The notes under the pieces: model-generated
Seen by the model: only the letters and a program-made list of their open reading frames with translations
Database searches by the model: none
Told to the model about the DNA's origin: nothing
Position numbers and translations under genes: made by a program
DNA from: Candidatus Zixiibacteriota bacterium
GTDB taxonomy: Bacteria; Zixibacteria; MSB-5A5; CAIYYT01
Assembly (NCBI GenBank): GCA_040235515.1
Contig: JBECKX010000027.1
Span: 1 to 24,608, forward strand
Reading direction: 5' to 3'
Length of the DNA stretch: 24,608 nucleotides
In this document: positions 1 through 8,642 of the stretch, in pieces
Layout: the number at the start of each line of letters is the position of its first letter
Position numbering within the stretch: position 1 is the stretch's first letter

Positions 1-1
1 G

Positions 2-241
2 CGTATTCGTGACGAAATCGACAAGAAGCGCCCGTTCGGACTGCAGGACCTGGCAGTAAACGGCAATGACCTGAAGCGTGAGTTCGGGTTGCCGGAGAGT
101 CCGGTTGTCGGACAGATCCTCTACCATTTGCTCGAGTGTGTGCTGGATGAACCGGAGCGGAACGAGTATGGGGTGCTTATCAGCGAAGCTAAGAATTTTC
201 TCGATACATTTGATCAGAAAGGCTCTCAAGGAGACTCTTAA
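2..241 (+). CDS. 3' end (partial) of a probable CCA-adding enzyme / tRNA nucleotidyltransferase-family protein
   Basis: Frame 2 is open from the window edge to TAA at 239-241 and reads ...PFGLQDLAVNGNDLKREFGLPESPVVGQILYHLLECVLDEPERN...; the 'L(A/V)xGxDL..G..(P)..VG.IL..L...V' pattern is typical of the C-terminal tail of class II CCA/poly(A) polymerase proteins. Not in the ORF track. Confidence 0.65.
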   Translation, partial: RIRDEIDKKRPFGLQDLAVNGNDLKREFGLPESPVVGQILYHLLECVLDEPERNEYGVLISEAKNFLDTFDQKGSQGDS

Positions 242-251
242 GGAGAATTAG

Positions 252-1379
252 ATGAAGATCCACGAGTATCAAGCCAAGGAAATATTCGCCTCATTCGGGA
301 TCCCGATTCCGCGAGGTAAGATAGCAACCACGCCGGAGGAGGCTCGCTCGATCGCCCAGGAGTATGGCGTGCCTGTGATGGTGAAGTCGCAGGTGCATGT
401 CGGAGGACGTGGCAAGGCCGGCGGTATTAAGTACTGCGCTAACGCCGACGAGGCCTTCGAGAAGGCGCAGGCGATTCTCGGGATGGACATCAAGGGCCTC
501 ACCGTTGAAAAGGTGCTTGTGACGGAGGCCGAGGATATCGCGCACGAGGCCTACGTGGGCATCATCGTGGATCGTGCTTCAAAGAAACCTGTGATTATGG
601 TCTCGGCCGAAGGCGGTATCGACATCGAAGAGGTAGCAGCCAAGACTCCCGAGAAAATCCACAAGCTGGCGGTTGACCCGATCATGGGGATTCGCCCGTT
701 CGAAGCGCGCGACCTGGCCTACCGGCTCTATTCGAATCCCGAGACGGCCAGGCAGGCAGCAAAGATTATCCAGCAGCTCTACACCTGCTTCATGAACACA
801 GATTCTTCGCTGGCGGAGATCAACCCACTCGTCACGACACCAGAGGGAAAAGTGATCGCGCTCGACGCCAAGATCAACCTGGATGACAACGGCCTCTACC
901 GGCATCCCGAGTTCGAGAAGCTGCGTGATGTTCCTCCGGGGGAAAGGTCGGAAAATGAAGCGCGCCAGCAGGGCCTCTCTTTTGTCGGACTCGACGGCAA
1001 CATCGGATGCGTGGTCAACGGCGCCGGATTGGCGATGGCCACGATGGACCTGGTTAAGCACTACGGTGGTCAGCCCGCAAACTTCCTCGATATCGGTGGA
1101 TCATCCAACCCCGATAAGGTCGTCACCGCTCTGCGGATTATCCTGCGCGACAAGAATGTGAAATCGATTCTCTTCAACATCTTCGGTGGCATCACCCGCT
1201 GCGACGACGTGGCCAATGGCATCGTGAAGGCGCTCGGCGAATTCAAGCCCGAGGTGCCGATTGTGGTTCGTCTCACCGGTACCAACGAGAAAGAGGCGCA
1301 GGCGATCCTGAAGCAGGCCAACATCGAAAGCGCCGACACGATGGCAGGCGTGGTGCAACGCGCCATCGAACTGGCTTAA
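252..1379 (+). CDS. sucC: Succinate--CoA ligase beta subunit
   Basis: MKIHEYQAKE N-terminus, KSQVHVGGRGKAGG, EINPL, LDAK, GNIGCVVNGAGLAMATMD, ANFLDIGG, NIFGGITRCD and VRLTGTN motifs; AGGAGA SD at 241-246. Confidence 0.97.
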   Translation: MKIHEYQAKEIFASFGIPIPRGKIATTPEEARSIAQEYGVPVMVKSQVHVGGRGKAGGIKYCANADEAFEKAQAILGMDIKGLTVEKVLVTEAEDIAHEAYVGIIVDRASKKPVIMVSAEGGIDIEEVAAKTPEKIHKLAVDPIMGIRPFEARDLAYRLYSNPETARQAAKIIQQLYTCFMNTDSSLAEINPLVTTPEGKVIALDAKINLDDNGLYRHPEFEKLRDVPPGERSENEARQQGLSFVGLDGNIGCVVNGAGLAMATMDLVKHYGGQPANFLDIGGSSNPDKVVTALRIILRDKNVKSILFNIFGGITRCDDVANGIVKALGEFKPEVPIVVRLTGTNEKEAQAILKQANIESADTMAGVVQRAIELA

Positions 1380-1443
1380 TGGCACAGTGCAACGCCAATG
1401 AAGATGATCTTGACGAGACATTAATGAGACAAGGATTTTGAAG

Positions 1444-2766
1444 ATGGGAATTTTCGTAGATAAGAAGACGAAAGTCGTGGTGCAGGGCATCACCGGCCGC
1501 GACGGTTCATTCCATGCGCGTCAGATGCGCGAGTATGGAACTGATGTTGTTGCCGGCGTTACTCCCGGCAAGGGGGGTACCGGATTTGAAGGCATCCCGA
1601 TTTTCAATACCGTTGCTGAGGCTGTAGAGAAAACCAATGCCAATACCTCCGTCATCTATGTGCCGGCTGCATTCTCGATCGATGCGATTTATGAAGCGGC
1701 CGATGCGGGGATCAAGACAATCGTGTGTATTACCGAGGGTGTGCCGGCCAACGACATGCTCAAGGTGTACCACTATCTCAAAGCGAGAAGGATTCGACTG
1801 ATTGGTCCGAACTGCCCCGGTATCATCTCACCCGGCGTGACCAAGATCGGGATTATGCCCGGGCATATCCATAAGAAGGGCGCAGTCGGCGTCGTGTCGC
1901 GTTCCGGAACGCTCACTTATGAGATCGTCCACAATTTGACCATCCGCGACATCGGTCAGTCGACCTGTATCGGCATTGGCGGCGACCCGATCATCGGAAC
2001 GAATTTTATCGATTGCCTCGAAGCGTTCCAGGCCGATAAGCAGACTAAGGCGATCGTCATGGTCGGCGAGATCGGCGGCAACGACGAAGAGAAGGCTGCC
2101 GAGTTTATCAAGAAACATGTCACCAAGCCGGTCGTGAGTTTCATCGCCGGTCGCACTGCTCCTCCCGGAAAACGAATGGGGCACGCCGGTGCGATCATCT
2201 CGGGTGGTTCCGGAACCGCCGAAGAGAAGATCAAGGCGCTTGAAGCCGTTGGTGTTCCGGTTGGGACTTCACCGGCCGAGGTCGCTGAACTGATCGCCGA
2301 GATCATGTCGAAGACGGCAAAGAGCAAGAAAGCCACGACACCGAAGGCGACAGCTGCCAAGGGGAAGAAAACAGCCGTGAAATCGAAGGCAAAGTCTGCC
2401 AAACCTAAGGCTACCAAGACTAAGGCTGCCAAATCCAAGACGACCAAGTCTAAGACAACCAAATCTAAGACAACCAAGTCCAGGACGAGCAAGCCAAAGG
2501 CAGCGAAGAAGACGGTTGGCAAGAAGACAGCGTCTAAGAAGACAGCGTCTAAGAAGAGCGCGGTGAAGAAGCCGAAGGCTAAGACTTCCGCCAAGCAGAC
2601 CAAGGCACGCACGACCTCTGTGACTCCGAAGTCGAAGGCTGCCAGGGCGAAACAGAACGCAACGACAGGCAAGTCAGCCAGGAGCAAGTCGAGCAAGTCA
2701 AAATCAACCAAGTCCAAATCAACCAAGTCCAAGTCAACCAAGAGAGCGAAGGGCAACAAGAAGTAG
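1444..2766 (+). CDS. sucD: Succinate--CoA ligase alpha subunit with ~150-aa Lys-rich C-terminal extension
   Basis: [38 protein letters not shown] and phospho-His motif MGHAGA. ATG 1444 (AAGGA 8 nt upstream) preferred over TTG 1438. Low-complexity K/S/T/A tail from about 2308. Confidence 0.96.
   Translation: MGIFVDKKTKVVVQGITGRDGSFHARQMREYGTDVVAGVTPGKGGTGFEGIPIFNTVAEAVEKTNANTSVIYVPAAFSIDAIYEAADAGIKTIVCITEGVPANDMLKVYHYLKARRIRLIGPNCPGIISPGVTKIGIMPGHIHKKGAVGVVSRSGTLTYEIVHNLTIRDIGQSTCIGIGGDPIIGTNFIDCLEAFQADKQTKAIVMVGEIGGNDEEKAAEFIKKHVTKPVVSFIAGRTAPPGKRMGHAGAIISGGSGTAEEKIKALEAVGVPVGTSPAEVAELIAEIMSKTAKSKKATTPKATAAKGKKTAVKSKAKSAKPKATKTKAAKSKTTKSKTTKSKTTKSRTSKPKAAKKTVGKKTASKKTASKKSAVKKPKAKTSAKQTKARTTSVTPKSKAARAKQNATTGKSARSKSSKSKSTKSKSTKSKSTKRAKGNKK
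2431..2742 (+). repeat. In-frame 15-nt tandem repeats within the sucD tail
   Basis: (KSKTT)x3 at 2431-2475; exact AAGAAGACAGCGTCT x2 (KKTAS) at 2521-2550; (KSKST)x3 at about 2695-2739. Confidence 0.85.
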
Positions 2767-2800
2767 GACCTCGATGTCGTGCTTCGAAGGAGATGATCAA

Positions 2801-3064
2801 ATGTCTGAATCATCGGGAGATGTTGAACAAGTGACGCCGGAGACAGGACAGCCCGAGACCAAAGCAAGAAATGGTCGAATGCCTCTGACGATCTATTTGC
2901 ACTGGTGCAAAGCATGCGGTATCTGCATCAACTTTTGTCCGCACCAGGTTTTTACCGCCGACCGCGACGGCAAGCCGATAATCGCACAGGGTGAGAAATG
3001 CACCCAATGCGCGATCTGCTGGCTGCACTGTCCCGATCTGGCCATCGTTTCCAACGAGAAGTAG
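2801..3064 (+). CDS. korD: 2-oxoacid:ferredoxin oxidoreductase delta subunit (2x[4Fe-4S] ferredoxin-like)
   Basis: Two CxxCxxCxxxCP motifs (CKACGICINFCP, CTQCAICWLHCP); AAGGAG SD at 2787-2792 favours ATG 2801 over 2774; lies directly before the alpha/beta/gamma genes. Confidence 0.88.
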   Translation: MSESSGDVEQVTPETGQPETKARNGRMPLTIYLHWCKACGICINFCPHQVFTADRDGKPIIAQGEKCTQCAICWLHCPDLAIVSNEK

Positions 3065-3078
3065 GAGAGTATGCGGTT

Positions 3079-4218
3079 ATGGCACCCACTATCAGATTGC
3101 TTCAAGGCAATGAAGCCGTAGTTGAGGGGGCGCTCCTGGGAGGAGTGCGTTTCTTCGCCGGCTACCCAATAACACCTTCAACCGAGGTGGCAGAAGGCAT
3201 GGCGCGCAGGCTGCCGAAGTATGGCGGCAAGTTCATACAGATGGAGGATGAGATCGCTTCGATGGCTGCAATCATCGGCGCCTCGTGTGCAGGCTCCAAG
3301 TCGATGACGGCAACCTCCGGTCCCGGATTCTCGCTGATGCAGGAGAACCTCGGATATGCTTTCATCGCCGAGACACCCTGCGTGGTTGTAAATGTGCAGC
3401 GCGGCGGTCCCTCGACGGGACTTCCGACGAAAGTGTCGCAGTCGGACACGATGCAGGCTCGCTGGGGCACGCATGGCGACTACGTCGCGATCGCGCTGGC
3501 ACCGCAGTCGGTTGAGGAGACGGTCCACCTGACGATCAAGGCCGTCAATCTCGCGGAAGAGTATCGCACGCCGGTGATCCTGCTGCTCGACGAAGTTCTG
3601 GGTCACATGCGGGAGAAAGTATCGATCCCCGATGAGGCTGATGTCAATATCTTCAACCGCGTCAAGCCGGACGTTCCGGCGCATTGGTACAAGCACTTCG
3701 AGATCACTCCCAGCCTCAAGTCGCCGATGGCATCGTTCGGCGAGGGTTATCGTTTCCATGTCACGGGTCTGACTCATAATGAGGAGGGATTCCCGACTGC
3801 CGAACCGAAGAAGATTCAGGCGAAGCTCGACAAACTGAGAAACAAGATCATGCGCTACGTCGATGACATCTGCGAAGTGGAACATGACGGTATGGAGGAT
3901 GCTCACGTCGCCGTCGTCTCGTACGGTTCGGTTGCTCGCGCAACCCGCCAGGCGGTGATGATGGCGCGCCAGAAGCGCATGAAGGTGGGTCAGATCCGGC
4001 CGATTACCATCTGGCCGACTCATGACGAGCTTTACCACAAGCTGTTTGAATCGAAGGCGCTGGAAGCGATTATCGTGGCGGAATTGAATATGGGGCAGTT
4101 GATCACCGAGATTCAGCGCCTGGCTCCACGCAATGTGAAAGTCGTGGGCCTTAACCGTTACGATTCAGAACTCATCACACCCCAGCAAATCCTTGACAAG
4201 ATCAGGGAGGTGCGCTAA
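3079..4218 (+). CDS. korA: 2-oxoacid (probably 2-oxoglutarate):ferredoxin oxidoreductase alpha subunit
   Basis: QGNEA, GYPITPSTE, QMEDEIAS, TATSGPGFSLMQE, VQRGGPSTGLPT and ELNMGQL motifs; no fused N-terminal gamma domain. ATG 3079 chosen from AGGAG at 3063-3067 and the family N-terminus. Substrate inferred from the sucCD context. Confidence 0.92.
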   Translation: MAPTIRLLQGNEAVVEGALLGGVRFFAGYPITPSTEVAEGMARRLPKYGGKFIQMEDEIASMAAIIGASCAGSKSMTATSGPGFSLMQENLGYAFIAETPCVVVNVQRGGPSTGLPTKVSQSDTMQARWGTHGDYVAIALAPQSVEETVHLTIKAVNLAEEYRTPVILLLDEVLGHMREKVSIPDEADVNIFNRVKPDVPAHWYKHFEITPSLKSPMASFGEGYRFHVTGLTHNEEGFPTAEPKKIQAKLDKLRNKIMRYVDDICEVEHDGMEDAHVAVVSYGSVARATRQAVMMARQKRMKVGQIRPITIWPTHDELYHKLFESKALEAIIVAELNMGQLITEIQRLAPRNVKVVGLNRYDSELITPQQILDKIREVR

Positions 4219-5045
4219 TGCTACAGAAATCATCAGTCATTCATGAATATCTGCGCCCCAAGAAACAGTTTCCGAACGTCTGGTGCCCCGGTTGCGGCAT
4301 CGGAATCGTCATGGGGTCGCTCGTACGCGCAATCGCAAAACTCGAACTGCAACGAGACGACGTAACTTTAGTCTCGGGAATCGGCTGTTCATCGCGTCTG
4401 CCGGTCTACCTGGATTTCAACACCCTGCATACGACCCATGGACGCGCGCTGGCTTTTGCTACCGGAGTGAAACTGGCCAAACCACAGATGAACGTGATCG
4501 TAATCACCGGTGACGGTGACGCGCTCGCGATTGGCGGTAATCACTTCATCCATGCCGCCCGCCGCAACATCAATATCACGACGATCCTGATCAACAATCA
4601 GATCTATGGTATGACCGGCGGACAGTTCTCGCCGACCACGCCGTCAGATTGTTACGGTACGACAGCGCCGTATGGCAACAAGGAGAACAACTTCGATATC
4701 CCGAAACTGGCGATGGCAGCCGGCGCATCGTACGTTGCTCGCGGCACGGTTTATCACGTGGCGCAGCTTGACAAGCTGATCGCTGAGGCAATCGCCAAGC
4801 GCGGTTTCTCGGTAGTTGAGGCATTTTCGAACTGCCATACTTATTTCGGACGTCTGAACCGCCAGGGAGATTCGGTCAAGATGATCGAGGATATGAAGAA
4901 GAATGTGATCCCGCTCAAGGCTGCGGAGAAGCTGCCACCAGACAAACTGGAAGGGAAGATGCTTACGGGAGTCTTCACCGACGTGGATCGCGAAGAGTAT
5001 TGCGATCGCTATGAGCAATTGATCGCCAGCCTGAGGGAGAAATAG
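4218..5045 (+). CDS. korB: 2-oxoacid:ferredoxin oxidoreductase beta subunit (TPP-binding)
   Basis: WCPGCG, SGIGCS, HTTHGRA, TPP motif GDGD...NN, YGMTGGQFSPT; TAATG overlap with korA. Confidence 0.93.
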   Translation: MLQKSSVIHEYLRPKKQFPNVWCPGCGIGIVMGSLVRAIAKLELQRDDVTLVSGIGCSSRLPVYLDFNTLHTTHGRALAFATGVKLAKPQMNVIVITGDGDALAIGGNHFIHAARRNINITTILINNQIYGMTGGQFSPTTPSDCYGTTAPYGNKENNFDIPKLAMAAGASYVARGTVYHVAQLDKLIAEAIAKRGFSVVEAFSNCHTYFGRLNRQGDSVKMIEDMKKNVIPLKAAEKLPPDKLEGKMLTGVFTDVDREEYCDRYEQLIASLREK

Positions 5046-5047
5046 CG

Positions 5048-5638
5048 ATGCCGACCAAGAAGAAATCAGAAGAACATAAGGATCCCTTCGATCGCTTCGA
5101 AATTCGTCTTTCGGGCTCGGGAGGTCAGGGGCTAGTGCTGGGTGGCGTAATGCTTGCCGAGGCACTGGCAACCGTTGATGGCAAGAATGTGGTGCAGACC
5201 CAGAGTTACGGCCCGGAGGCGCGCGGTGGTGCATCACGCACAGACCTGGTGGTCTCTTCGGCGGAAATTTATTATCCCAAGCCGATGGGGCTCGATCTGC
5301 TGCTGGCGATGACGCAGGAATCGTGTGATCTCTACCTGGACGCCCTCAAGGAGGGTGGTTTGCTGGTCTACGATTCCCACCTGGTGACGCAGGTGCCATA
5401 CAGCAATGCGGTCGGGGTCGATTTCACCCAGCTGGCTCGCCACGAGATCGGAATTCCGATCATGGCGAATGTCATTGCGCTGGGAGCCATCTGTGCGCTC
5501 ACCGGAGTGGTCTCGGAGAAGGGGCTGCGCCAGGTTGTGCAGCGCCGTGCCCCCCGCGGCACCGAAGAGAAGAACATGGCTGCGCTTGACCTGGGACTGA
5601 AAATCGGAAAACAATCAAAACAAGGAATGAAGGTTTGA
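5048..5638 (+). CDS. korC: 2-oxoacid:ferredoxin oxidoreductase gamma subunit
   Basis: IRLSGSGGQG, QTQSYGPEARGGAS, ANVIALGA and NMAALDLG motifs. Confidence 0.92.
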   Translation: MPTKKKSEEHKDPFDRFEIRLSGSGGQGLVLGGVMLAEALATVDGKNVVQTQSYGPEARGGASRTDLVVSSAEIYYPKPMGLDLLLAMTQESCDLYLDALKEGGLLVYDSHLVTQVPYSNAVGVDFTQLARHEIGIPIMANVIALGAICALTGVVSEKGLRQVVQRRAPRGTEEKNMAALDLGLKIGKQSKQGMKV

Positions 5639-6039
5639 AGCAACGTACATTGCTCATGATCAAGCCCGACGCAGTCGAGCGCAACCTGATCGGCAAGATA
5701 ATCGATCGTCTGGAGACCGCCGGGTTCAAGGTGGTTGAGCTTAAGATGGTTCATCTCACCGAGGAGCGTGCCCGCGAGTTCTATAAGGTGCACGAGGGCA
5801 AGCCGTTCCTCGACGAACTCGTTGAGTTCATGAGCTCATCGCCGATTGTCGCGATGGGTCTCGAGAAAGAGAATGCGGTCAATGACCTGCGAGATCTGAT
5901 CGGCGCGACCGATCCCTCCAAGGCCGCGTGCGGGACAATCCGCCAGAATTTTGCTATCGATATCGGCAAGAACTCGGTGCACGCATCGGACAGCCCCGAG
6001 AATGCCGAGATCGAATTGAAGTTTCACTTCGGAAGCTAG
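5635..6039 (+). CDS. ndk: Nucleoside diphosphate kinase
   Basis: RTLLMIKPDAV, FYKVHEGKPF, IGATDP, GTIR and catalytic NSVHASDS motif; TTG start overlaps the korC TGA (TTGA). Confidence 0.96.
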   Translation: MKQRTLLMIKPDAVERNLIGKIIDRLETAGFKVVELKMVHLTEERAREFYKVHEGKPFLDELVEFMSSSPIVAMGLEKENAVNDLRDLIGATDPSKAACGTIRQNFAIDIGKNSVHASDSPENAEIELKFHFGS

Positions 6040-6090
6040 ACCGCCTCTCCGCCAGGGCAGAGTGCGGTTTTGATATAGGAAAGTCGTTCG

Positions 6091-7329
6091 ATGAAACTCA
6101 GCGTCCATTATCACGACGCCAATATCGACCTGCAACTCCCTGATGGGTGGCAGGTCGATGTGTTTGATCCGCCGTTTGCGAACCACCAGCCGATTGACTT
6201 CGCGACCGGAGACTTTTCCGAGCTTCGCCTCGCCCTCAGTGACTTTGCCGCGCGGCAGGACAACCTGGTCGTGATCAACGATCAGTTCCGTGCCACTCCC
6301 TCCGCAACTTTGCTTGCTAACCTGTTTAGTGTTTCCGACATCCGACGCCTCAAGATTTTGATAGCGACGGGGGTTCATCCCAAACCGGAACGGGAAGTGA
6401 TAAAGAAGCTGGTGGGGGAACGCGTGTTTGATGGGGCGGAAATCCTGGTTCATTCAGCATTCGATCCTGATGAGATAGTGACGCTCGGAAGTGGTGACCA
6501 GAAGGTCGGGCTGAATCGCCATCTGGTCGATGCGGATGCCATTTACGTGATAGGCTCCGTCGAGCCGCACTACTTCGCCGGATTCACCGGTGGTCGCAAA
6601 GCCTTCCTCCCGGGCTGTGCTGCGTTTGAGGATATCGAAAAGAATCACGCGTTTGCCGTCTCTGAAACCAGTCAGCCGCTGGCGTCCAGAGGGAACCCGG
6701 TGTGGGAGGATATCAAGCAGCGAACCGCGGTGCTCGATGACAAAGAGATTACTTCATCGCAAGTGGTCTGCGATGCCCGAGGCAACGTGTACTTTCACGA
6801 CTATGGCCCAATTGACTTTGCCTATCAGTCTGCCTGCTGCAGGGTCAGGCGACAAGCTGCAACTGCAATCGGCGAGTGCTACGACCTGGTCATCTCTGTC
6901 GTCTACCCGCCTTTCGATCGCAATCTTTACCAGCTGCAGAAATCATACGAGAACGTCAAGAGCGCAGTCGCGGATGGCGGCACCGTGCTGCTCATATCGG
7001 CATGCTATGAGGGTATCGGCAACAGCTACTTCATCGAGCTGGCACGCTCCCTCGACGCGGCGGGTGGCGCGAAGGGAGCTGATGGGGGGAAGCCGACTGG
7101 TGAGGGTGGTGTTATGGGCACCCACAAGGTGCAACGTACTCAGCGGCTGGCTGAGCGTATCAACCTGGTGCTCTTTGCGGAGTTGAAGCAGGGTGATGTT
7201 GACCCGCTGCCGATCAAGATCAGCAACAACCTGGAGCAGACAATAGAAGATTTAATGGAGAAGTATGGCCCCTCATGTCGAGTTGCTGTAGTACTGGACA
7301 GCGCCTCGCAAGTTCTTTATTCTGATTGA
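6091..7329 (+). CDS. LarA-superfamily (nickel-pincer nucleotide-dependent) alpha-hydroxy acid racemase/epimerase
   Basis: INDQFRATP (cf. DxTRP), IATGVH, VEPHYFAGFTGGRK, NH, DRNLYQLQK and CYEGIG match LarA/DUF2088 motifs. Substrate unknown. Confidence 0.8.
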   Translation: MKLSVHYHDANIDLQLPDGWQVDVFDPPFANHQPIDFATGDFSELRLALSDFAARQDNLVVINDQFRATPSATLLANLFSVSDIRRLKILIATGVHPKPEREVIKKLVGERVFDGAEILVHSAFDPDEIVTLGSGDQKVGLNRHLVDADAIYVIGSVEPHYFAGFTGGRKAFLPGCAAFEDIEKNHAFAVSETSQPLASRGNPVWEDIKQRTAVLDDKEITSSQVVCDARGNVYFHDYGPIDFAYQSACCRVRRQAATAIGECYDLVISVVYPPFDRNLYQLQKSYENVKSAVADGGTVLLISACYEGIGNSYFIELARSLDAAGGAKGADGGKPTGEGGVMGTHKVQRTQRLAERINLVLFAELKQGDVDPLPIKISNNLEQTIEDLMEKYGPSCRVAVVLDSASQVLYSD

Positions 7330-7385
7330 TTGTTGTGACAACAACGTGAGATCGAATCTCACTAATTGAAAACCGGAGGAATTAG

Positions 7386-8312
7386 ATGCGTAAGAAGATT
7401 TCTGTTATTGGTGCAGGCAATGTCGGCGCTGCAGTGGCACAATATCTCGCCGAGGATAACGTTGCAGATATTCTGATGCTCGACGTGGTCGAGGGTCTTC
7501 CGCAGGGCAAGGCGCTTGATTTGATGCAGGCGGGCCCGGTGCGCGGCTATGATGTCAAGATCGAGGGCAGCAATGATTTCTCTGACCTCAAGGGTTCCGA
7601 TATCGTCGTGCACACGGCGGGACTTGCCCGCAAGCCCGGGATGTCGCGTGAAGATCTTCTCAACAAGAATGCCGAGATTATCGGCGGTGTGGCCGAGAAG
7701 GTAAAGGAGTATGCCTCTCACGCGATGATTATCATGGTGGCCAACCCGCTTGACCTGATGACATATCATGCGTACAAGAAATCTGGTTTCCCGACCAACC
7801 GTGTTTTCGGTCAGGCCGGTATTCTCGACTCGATCCGCTTCCGCACCTTCATCGGGATGGAACTGGGTGTTGCCCAGACCGAGACGCAGGCGATGGTGCT
7901 GGGTGGTCATGGTGACACTATGGTGCCGCTGCCGCGTTACACCACGGTCGCCGGCGTACCGATTCCGGAGTTGATGAGTGCTGACCGTGTTCAGGCGCTC
8001 AGCGATCGCACTGTCAAGGGCGGTGGTGAGATCGTGGCTTTGCTCAAGACCGGTTCGGCGTACTATGCGCCTGCGGCTGCTTCGGTTGAGATGGTGAAAG
8101 CTGTGCTGGGTGACACGAAGAAGGTGTTTCCCTGCTCGGCGTATCTGACCGGGCAGTACGGCATCGAGGACATCTACATCGGAGTACCGGTGGTCCTTGG
8201 CGCCGGCGGTGTCGAGAGGATCATCGAACTGAAGCTTGAGGATGCTGAATTGAAGGCGCTGCAGAACTCGGCCAACACCTACAAAGAGCATTTGAAGGTG
8301 ATCGGGTACTAG
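7386..8312 (+). CDS. mdh: Malate dehydrogenase (LDH-like type)
   Basis: GAGNVG Rossmann motif, substrate loop AGLARKPGMSREDL with the MDH-specifying Arg, NPLD, LGGHGD, GSAYYAPA; GGAGGA SD at 7375-7380. Confidence 0.96.
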   Translation: MRKKISVIGAGNVGAAVAQYLAEDNVADILMLDVVEGLPQGKALDLMQAGPVRGYDVKIEGSNDFSDLKGSDIVVHTAGLARKPGMSREDLLNKNAEIIGGVAEKVKEYASHAMIIMVANPLDLMTYHAYKKSGFPTNRVFGQAGILDSIRFRTFIGMELGVAQTETQAMVLGGHGDTMVPLPRYTTVAGVPIPELMSADRVQALSDRTVKGGGEIVALLKTGSAYYAPAAASVEMVKAVLGDTKKVFPCSAYLTGQYGIEDIYIGVPVVLGAGGVERIIELKLEDAELKALQNSANTYKEHLKVIGY

Positions 8313-8375
8313 GTTGCCTGCCAGCCATAGAATCAGAACGTCCGGCTAGAGAGTGTCGATTTAGCCTGGAAATTC

Positions 8376-8420
8376 AGAAAGCCCGCCGACCTGAGATATC
8401 TTCGGCGGGCTTTCTTCATA
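8376..8420 (+). terminator. Probable intrinsic terminator after mdh
   Basis: Perfect 14-bp inverted repeat AGAAAGCCCGCCGA (8376-8389) / TCGGCGGGCTTTCT (8402-8415), 12-nt loop, imperfect U-rich tail. Confidence 0.75.
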
Positions 8421-8451
8421 ATTGGGTGGAGTTCCACTCCCGATTTTCTCC

Positions 8452-8480
8452 TTGACACTCCACAAATACTCCTTTAACTT
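8452..8480 (+). promoter_or_regulatory. Sigma70-type promoter for the triplicated membrane-module operon
   Basis: TTGACA (8452-8457), 17-nt spacer, TAACTT (8475-8480), located just after the mdh hairpin. Confidence 0.75.
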
Positions 8481-8642
8481 GCGCCAAATTTTTACGGAAG
8501 AATATCTTACGTAAGTGGCTTGCACAAAGCCAGATGCGGCACGTCGAAGATACGGGAAGTGGCGTGTCCGAACCACAGCAGTGGACTCATGGACTCAGTG
8601 GGCAGTGGAGAGACCCAACAGGTTTCAAACTTCAGGAGACGG

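Noticed and set aside
1956..2915. 319-aa minus-strand ORF resembling a membrane protein
   Set aside because: Antisense shadow of sucD; the Leu/Phe/Val runs are the reverse complement of Lys-rich codons. The same applies to 20797-21108 and 23716-24108 opposite the ppdK tails.
2998..3078. Longer korA start from the ORF track
   Set aside because: It overlaps korD by 67 nt; ATG 3079 has an SD and matches the family N-terminus.
7362..8291. Long minus-strand ORFs opposite mdh, korA and ppdK
   Set aside because: They fully overlap well-supported + strand genes, show no recognisable motifs and are expected from GC-biased codon usage.
8607..8636. Glycine riboswitch resemblance (GGAGAGACC...AAACTTCAGG)
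   Set aside because: The central conserved CCGAAG/GCAA region is missing and the segment is too short for the aptamer.
8520..8642. 41-codon N-terminal extension of A1 from the TTG start in the ORF track
   Set aside because: ATG 8643 has an SD and gives a proper signal peptide like A2 and A3; the upstream part is better read as 5' UTR.
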